This document shows positions 58,344 to 62,505 of a stretch of DNA of 62,505 nt, piece after piece. This DNA is from Elusimicrobiota bacterium (lineage in GTDB: Bacteria; Elusimicrobiota; Elusimicrobia; UBA1565; JACRDR01), in the NCBI GenBank assembly GCA_041694815.1, contig JBGFSC010000030.1, forward strand, positions 1-62,505, read 5' to 3'. The notes under the pieces were generated by a model. That model did no database searches. It was given only the letters and a program-made list of their open reading frames with translations, and was not told the DNA's origin. The translations under genes were made by a program, and so were the position numbers. Every line of letters starts with the position of its first letter. The first letter of the stretch is position 1.

Positions 58344-59359
58344 CGCCACGCGCGGCGGACGCATTGATGACCACCGGGCTCTCGACCTCGGCGAGGCAGC
58401 AGGCCTCCAGCGAGGGATCGAGGCTCTACCGGGGCATGAAGCTTTTCACCGGCAACGCCAACCGCCCCTTGGCGGAGGCCATCGCCAAATACACGAAGGC
58501 GCCCTTGGGAAAATGCCAGGTCGGGCGTTTCGCCGATGGCGAGATCAACGTGCACATATTGGAGAACGTGCGCGGCTGCGATTGCTACGTGATCCAGCCC
58601 ACGTGCCGGCCGGTCAACGAGAACATGATGGAGCTGCTCATCATGATCGACGCGCTCCGCCGAGCCTCCGCGGGGCGTATCAACGCCGTCATTCCCTATT
58701 TCGGATATGCCCGCGCGGACCGCAAGACGGAACCGCGGGTCCCCATCTCCTCGAAATTGATGGCGAACCTGATCACGGTCGCCGGGGCGCACCGGGTCAT
58801 CACCGTCGACCTGCACGCCGCGCAGATACAGGGCTTCTTCGACATTCCCGTCGACCATCTCTTCGCGGCTCCGGTCTTCCTGGATTATCTCCGGAAGAAG
58901 AAGTTGGCAAACCTGACGATCGTATCGCCGGACGTCGGCGGCGTCGAGCGCGCCCGCGCCTTCGCCAAGCGGCTCAATGCGACGCTGGTCATCATCGACA
59001 AGCGGCGCCCCAGGCCGAACGAGGCGTCCGTCTACCATGTGATCGGCGACGTCAAGGGCAAGAATTGCGTGATCCTAGACGACATGATCGATACGGGCGG
59101 CACTCTCACCAAGGTCGCCGCCGAGATAAAGAAAAAGGGGGCCCTTAAGGTGTACGCCGCGTGCGTGCACGGCGTCCTTTCGGGCCCCGCGTTGGACTTG
59201 GTGGCCAAGTCGGAGCTCGAGGAGATGCTGCTGACGGACTCGATCCCCTGCCCCTGGGCCTCGCCGGCCAAGGTGACGGTCCTTTCCATCGCGCCGCTCT
59301 TGGGCGAGGCCATTCGCCGCAACCATAACGGGGAATCCATCAGCGAACTCTTTGTGTAG
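58340..59359 (+). CDS. prs: Ribose-phosphate pyrophosphokinase
   Basis: FADGE, PYFGYARADRK, DLHA, VSPDVGG, DDMIDTGGT; alternative start 58436. Confidence 0.97.
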   Translation: MTPRAADALMTTGLSTSARQQASSEGSRLYRGMKLFTGNANRPLAEAIAKYTKAPLGKCQVGRFADGEINVHILENVRGCDCYVIQPTCRPVNENMMELLIMIDALRRASAGRINAVIPYFGYARADRKTEPRVPISSKLMANLITVAGAHRVITVDLHAAQIQGFFDIPVDHLFAAPVFLDYLRKKKLANLTIVSPDVGGVERARAFAKRLNATLVIIDKRRPRPNEASVYHVIGDVKGKNCVILDDMIDTGGTLTKVAAEIKKKGALKVYAACVHGVLSGPALDLVAKSELEEMLLTDSIPCPWASPAKVTVLSIAPLLGEAIRRNHNGESISELFV

Positions 59360-59375
59360 CATCTTGGGAGGAATC

Positions 59376-60098
59376 ATGGAATTACGCTTGCAGGCCAAAA
59401 TCCGCGAAAAGAAGAATTCGAAAAAGGAGCTTTCCGATTTCCGGAAGCAGAGGCTGATCCCGGCCGTGGTCTACGGCGGTAAGAAAGAGCCGCTCAAGGT
59501 GGTGGTGACCGAGCGCGAGCTGCTCAAGCTGACCAAGGCGGGCGGCGCCAACGCCATCATCCACCTGCAGCACCCCAAGGGGGAGGACACGGTGATCCTC
59601 AAGGAATTGCAGCGCCACGTCGTGACGCACCAGCCGCTGCACGCCGACTTCCAACGCATCTCGCTGCAGGAGAAGATCGAGGTCAAGGTCCCCCTGCACG
59701 TTGTCGGCGAGGCCCCCGGGGTCAAGCTCTCGGGCGGCGTGCTCGAGCATATCCTCCGCGAGCTCCGCATCCGCGCCCTGCCTACGGCGATCCCGCAGCA
59801 CATCGAGGTCGACGTCAGCCGCTTGCAGCTCAACGAGAACCTATTGGTCAAGGACCTGACGGTCGGCAAGGGCATCGAGGTGCTCGACGCCCCCGACCAC
59901 CTCGTCGTCAACGTCGTCGCACCCACGGCCGAGGAGGAGAAGCCGGCGGCGGAGGCCGTCGAGGGAGCGCCGGCCGAACCCGAGGTCATCGCCAAGGGCA
60001 AGAAGGAAGAGGAGGAGGGGGCTCCGGCCGGAGGCAAGGCGGCCGCCCCGGCCAAGGCTGCGGCGCCGGCCGGCAAGGAAAGCGGAAAGAAGGAGTAG
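59376..60098 (+). CDS. rplY: 50S ribosomal protein L25 (CTC type)
   Basis: IPAVVYG, HADF, GEAPGVK.GG; GGAGG ribosome-binding site. Confidence 0.95.
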   Translation: MELRLQAKIREKKNSKKELSDFRKQRLIPAVVYGGKKEPLKVVVTERELLKLTKAGGANAIIHLQHPKGEDTVILKELQRHVVTHQPLHADFQRISLQEKIEVKVPLHVVGEAPGVKLSGGVLEHILRELRIRALPTAIPQHIEVDVSRLQLNENLLVKDLTVGKGIEVLDAPDHLVVNVVAPTAEEEKPAAEAVEGAPAEPEVIAKGKKEEEEGAPAGGKAAAPAKAAAPAGKESGKKE

Positions 60099-60101
60099 GG
60101 G

Positions 60102-60674
60102 TTGCCCTTACGGTTGGTGGTGGGCCTGGGAAACCCGGGACCCGAGTACGCGGGCACCCGCCACAACGTCGGCTTCCGATTGCTCGACCGCCTCCGCGAG
60201 AGGGCCGGCTGGCGCGTGTTCAAGGGCTTCGGGGAATACTCCGAGAGCCAAGGCCCCGCCGGGAAGGTGTTTTGGGCGAAGCCGGCGGCCTACATGAACG
60301 AGTCGGGCAAGGCGTTGCGGGCTTTCGCGGATTATTTCAATATCCCTAGCTCCGAGATGCTCGTTTGCTTCGACGATTTCTCCCTTCCCTTGGGCAAGAT
60401 CCGGCTGCGCCCCGCCGGCTCGGCGGGCGGGCATAACGGGATGCAATCGGTGATCGATCACCTCGGCACCGAACGGATCGCGCGGCTTCGCGTCGGGATC
60501 GGCCCGCTGCCCCAGGGGGGGGATCCGGCCCGGTTCGTGCTCGACCCCTTCCGCGATGAGGAGAAGGAGGCTTTGGAGCGCGCGCTCGAGAGGGCCGCGG
60601 GCGCCGTTCTCGATTGCATCGAGGGAAGTTTGGAAGCGGCGATGAACAAGCACAATACGCAGGAAATCGCATGA
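60102..60674 (+). CDS. pth: Peptidyl-tRNA hydrolase
   Basis: VGLGNPG..Y..TRHNVGF, YMNESG, GGHNG, RLRVGIG. Confidence 0.96.
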   Translation: MPLRLVVGLGNPGPEYAGTRHNVGFRLLDRLRERAGWRVFKGFGEYSESQGPAGKVFWAKPAAYMNESGKALRAFADYFNIPSSEMLVCFDDFSLPLGKIRLRPAGSAGGHNGMQSVIDHLGTERIARLRVGIGPLPQGGDPARFVLDPFRDEEKEALERALERAAGAVLDCIEGSLEAAMNKHNTQEIA

Positions 60675-60892
60675 CCCCCGCCTTCAAGATATTCCTCGGC
60701 CTTGGTTTCTTCGCGCTGGGCCTGGGCTATCTCTACCGGCCGGACTTGATCGAGCGCATGAACGCCCTTATCCGCGAATACCTGCTCAACGACGCCCACA
60801 TCGCCTTGGAAAGGCGCAAGTGGGGCGCCTTTTTCCTGCTCCTTTCCTTCCTCTTCCTCTACATGGGATACTCGGCATGGCAGCGGTTTTGA
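60671..60892 (+). CDS. Small two-TM membrane protein
   Basis: ATGA overlap with pth; two hydrophobic segments. Confidence 0.7.
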   Translation: MTPAFKIFLGLGFFALGLGYLYRPDLIERMNALIREYLLNDAHIALERRKWGAFFLLLSFLFLYMGYSAWQRF

Positions 60893-62247
60893 CCGAGAAG
60901 CAATCCTCGCTGGAGTCGGTCGCGAGCGCCGCGCTTGAATGGGCGCGCGAACGGGCCCCCGCCTGCCAGGCGGAGATATTCCTAGTCCGCAGCCGGAGCC
61001 GGGGCGTGGAGCTGCGAGACGGGAGGCTCGAGACGTTGCAGGAGAATATCGAAGAGGGGATGGGGCTGCGCTTGTTCTCGGAGGGCCGAATGGGATTCAC
61101 CTACAGCGTCGGCCTCGATCTGGCCGCGCTCGAGGAGGGCCTCTCCCGCCTGCTGGAGCAGTTGCCCCACATTCCTCCGGACCCGCATCGCGTGCTGCCC
61201 CCGCCCGGGCCTTCGGGCCCTCCGGCGCCGGAAGGCGAGCTCCTAGACGAGTCTTTGTTCGAGCGGCCCATCGAGGCCGAGCTCGGCCGCTTGAAGAAGC
61301 TGGAGGCCGCGGTGCTGCGCTGCGACCCATTGGTCAAACGCGTCATCAGCGCGGGCTACGGGGAGAGCTTGGAAGAGATATGCGTGGTCAATAGCCTCGG
61401 CGTGCGGGCTTGCGAACGCGGCTCGCATTGCAGCGCCAGCGTATCGGCGGCCGCCGAGGGGCAGGGGGAGCTGCAGATTTCCTACGGCTCCGAATCCGGG
61501 CGGTTTTATCGGGAACTCGATTTCGAGCGCCTCGCCCGGGAGACGGCTTTCAGGGCTTCCTCGCTCATCGGCAGCCGGAAGCTGCCGACGGGCCGGCGTT
61601 CGGTGCTCTTCGACCCCTGGGTCGCGGGCGAAATGCTCGAGCTCATCGCGGGGCTTTTGTCGGCCGACGAGGTCCAACGGGGAAAATCATTGCTCAAGGG
61701 GCGTCTCGGTCAGCGCATCGCCAGCCCGCAGGTGACGCTCATCGACGATCCCCTCAAGCCCGGCGGGGTGGCCAGCTCGCGTTTCGACGCCGAGGGAGTG
61801 CCCACGCGGCGCAAGACCATGATCGACGGGGGCGTGCTCCGGGAATATTTCTACGACACGTATACGGCCCACAAGGACGGCGTGAGCTCCAACGGCTCGG
61901 CGGGAAGGGCCTCGTTTAAGGGCTTGCCGGGGCCCGGATCCTCCAATTTCCTGCTGGTCCCCGGGGCGATGAAGCGCGAAGCCCTGCTCGCAGACACACG
62001 CGACGGCATCCTCGTGCTCGACATCATGGGCATGCACACGGCCGACCCGGTCTCCGGGGAGTTCTCGGTCGGGGTATCCGGGATCGCGGTGCAGGACGGC
62101 GTCCTCGCGGGCGGCGTCCGTGGCGCCATGCTCTCGGGCAACGTGCTCGAACTGCTCGGCCGCGTCGACGCCGTGGCCGACGATCTGCGCTTTCACGGCA
62201 GCGTGGGCTCCCCTACCTTTCGCGTTGCGGATTTGACGGTGGCTTAA
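60877..62247 (+). CDS. pmbA: TldD/PmbA-family protein (PmbA type)
   Basis: GMGLR, DDP, FDAEGVP, SNGSA, SGEFS; no HExxxH. Confidence 0.88.
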   Translation: MAAVLTEKQSSLESVASAALEWARERAPACQAEIFLVRSRSRGVELRDGRLETLQENIEEGMGLRLFSEGRMGFTYSVGLDLAALEEGLSRLLEQLPHIPPDPHRVLPPPGPSGPPAPEGELLDESLFERPIEAELGRLKKLEAAVLRCDPLVKRVISAGYGESLEEICVVNSLGVRACERGSHCSASVSAAAEGQGELQISYGSESGRFYRELDFERLARETAFRASSLIGSRKLPTGRRSVLFDPWVAGEMLELIAGLLSADEVQRGKSLLKGRLGQRIASPQVTLIDDPLKPGGVASSRFDAEGVPTRRKTMIDGGVLREYFYDTYTAHKDGVSSNGSAGRASFKGLPGPGSSNFLLVPGAMKREALLADTRDGILVLDIMGMHTADPVSGEFSVGVSGIAVQDGVLAGGVRGAMLSGNVLELLGRVDAVADDLRFHGSVGSPTFRVADLTVA

Positions 62248-62249
62248 AT

Positions 62250-62410
62250 AACGGCAGCGTTTACGCGCCTTGGGCGCGTGACTCGTCGCGCTTGACGTTT
62301 TCACGGTGCCAGGGATTGACTTTCGCCTAGGCGAAAGTCAATCCCTGGCACCATCTTCGCGAGAATTCCCGCGCTCGGCGCGGTTGTTTGCGCCGAGCCA
62401 CGCGCTCAAG
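62250..62410. repeat. Palindromic repeat family A, degenerate copy interrupted by family B
   Basis: Begins aacggcagcgtttacgcgccttgggcgcgtgactcgtcgcgc; ends with hairpin gctcggcgc..gcgccgagc plus cacgcgctcaag. Confidence 0.82.
62305..62352. repeat. Palindrome family B, perfect 48-bp palindrome
   Basis: ggtgccagggattgactttcgcctaggcgaaagtcaatccctggcacc. Confidence 0.9.
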
Positions 62411-62492
62411 ACTTATATGATGAATGTCGGCAGCTTCTCTGCGATCCTCGCGGAAAGTAAAATGAGGAAACTAATTCGCAGAGGAGATTCAA

Positions 62493-62505
62493 ATGACTAC
62501 CGGGC
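62493..62505 (+). CDS. Start of a CDS truncated by the window edge (MTTG...)
   Basis: GAGGAG 6 nt before ATG; only four codons visible. Confidence 0.5.

Overview
A 62.5-kb, GC-rich, gene-dense stretch of bacterial chromosome. The cell is diderm (TonB, gmhA, heptose adenylyltransferase) but has a Firmicutes-like ispE-spoVG-glmU-prs-rplY-pth order and gatCAB; Elusimicrobiota is my guess, not a database result. Most of the window is housekeeping operons: ychF-rlmD, pcrA-gatCA-NUDIX-gatB, a long minus-strand run from an HD-GYP gene and rsmI through glyA, mtnP, add, cdd, accC, gmhA to thiN, then hpt-ftsH-folP-glmM-pdxJ-glmS-acpS-nnrD-tsaE-tsaB and rimI-TPR-ispE-spoVG-tRNA-Gln-glmU-prs-rplY-pth-pmbA. 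Orphan exported-protein genes and two toxin-antitoxin pairs are interspersed. The most interesting signals are: (1) a paired TAGGnCC-box promoter architecture at a fixed distance from a -10 element upstream of three unlinked orphan secreted-protein loci, several of which also share a post-signal-peptide motif (a candidate effector regulon); (2) a 2077-aa signal-peptide/HEAT-repeat protein with a reverse-ordered PEP-synthase-like phosphotransferase; (3) two families of dispersed palindromic repeats, one inserted in frame in a protein N-terminus and one nested in other elements; (4) an AccB homologue lacking the biotin lysine; (5) a mosaic tandem paralogue array; (6) many apparently leaderless genes; and (7) an AT-rich, palindrome-rich intergenic region with a DnaA box. 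I saw no CRISPR array, rRNA, integrase or transposase. All calls were made by eye from motifs, with no searches run.
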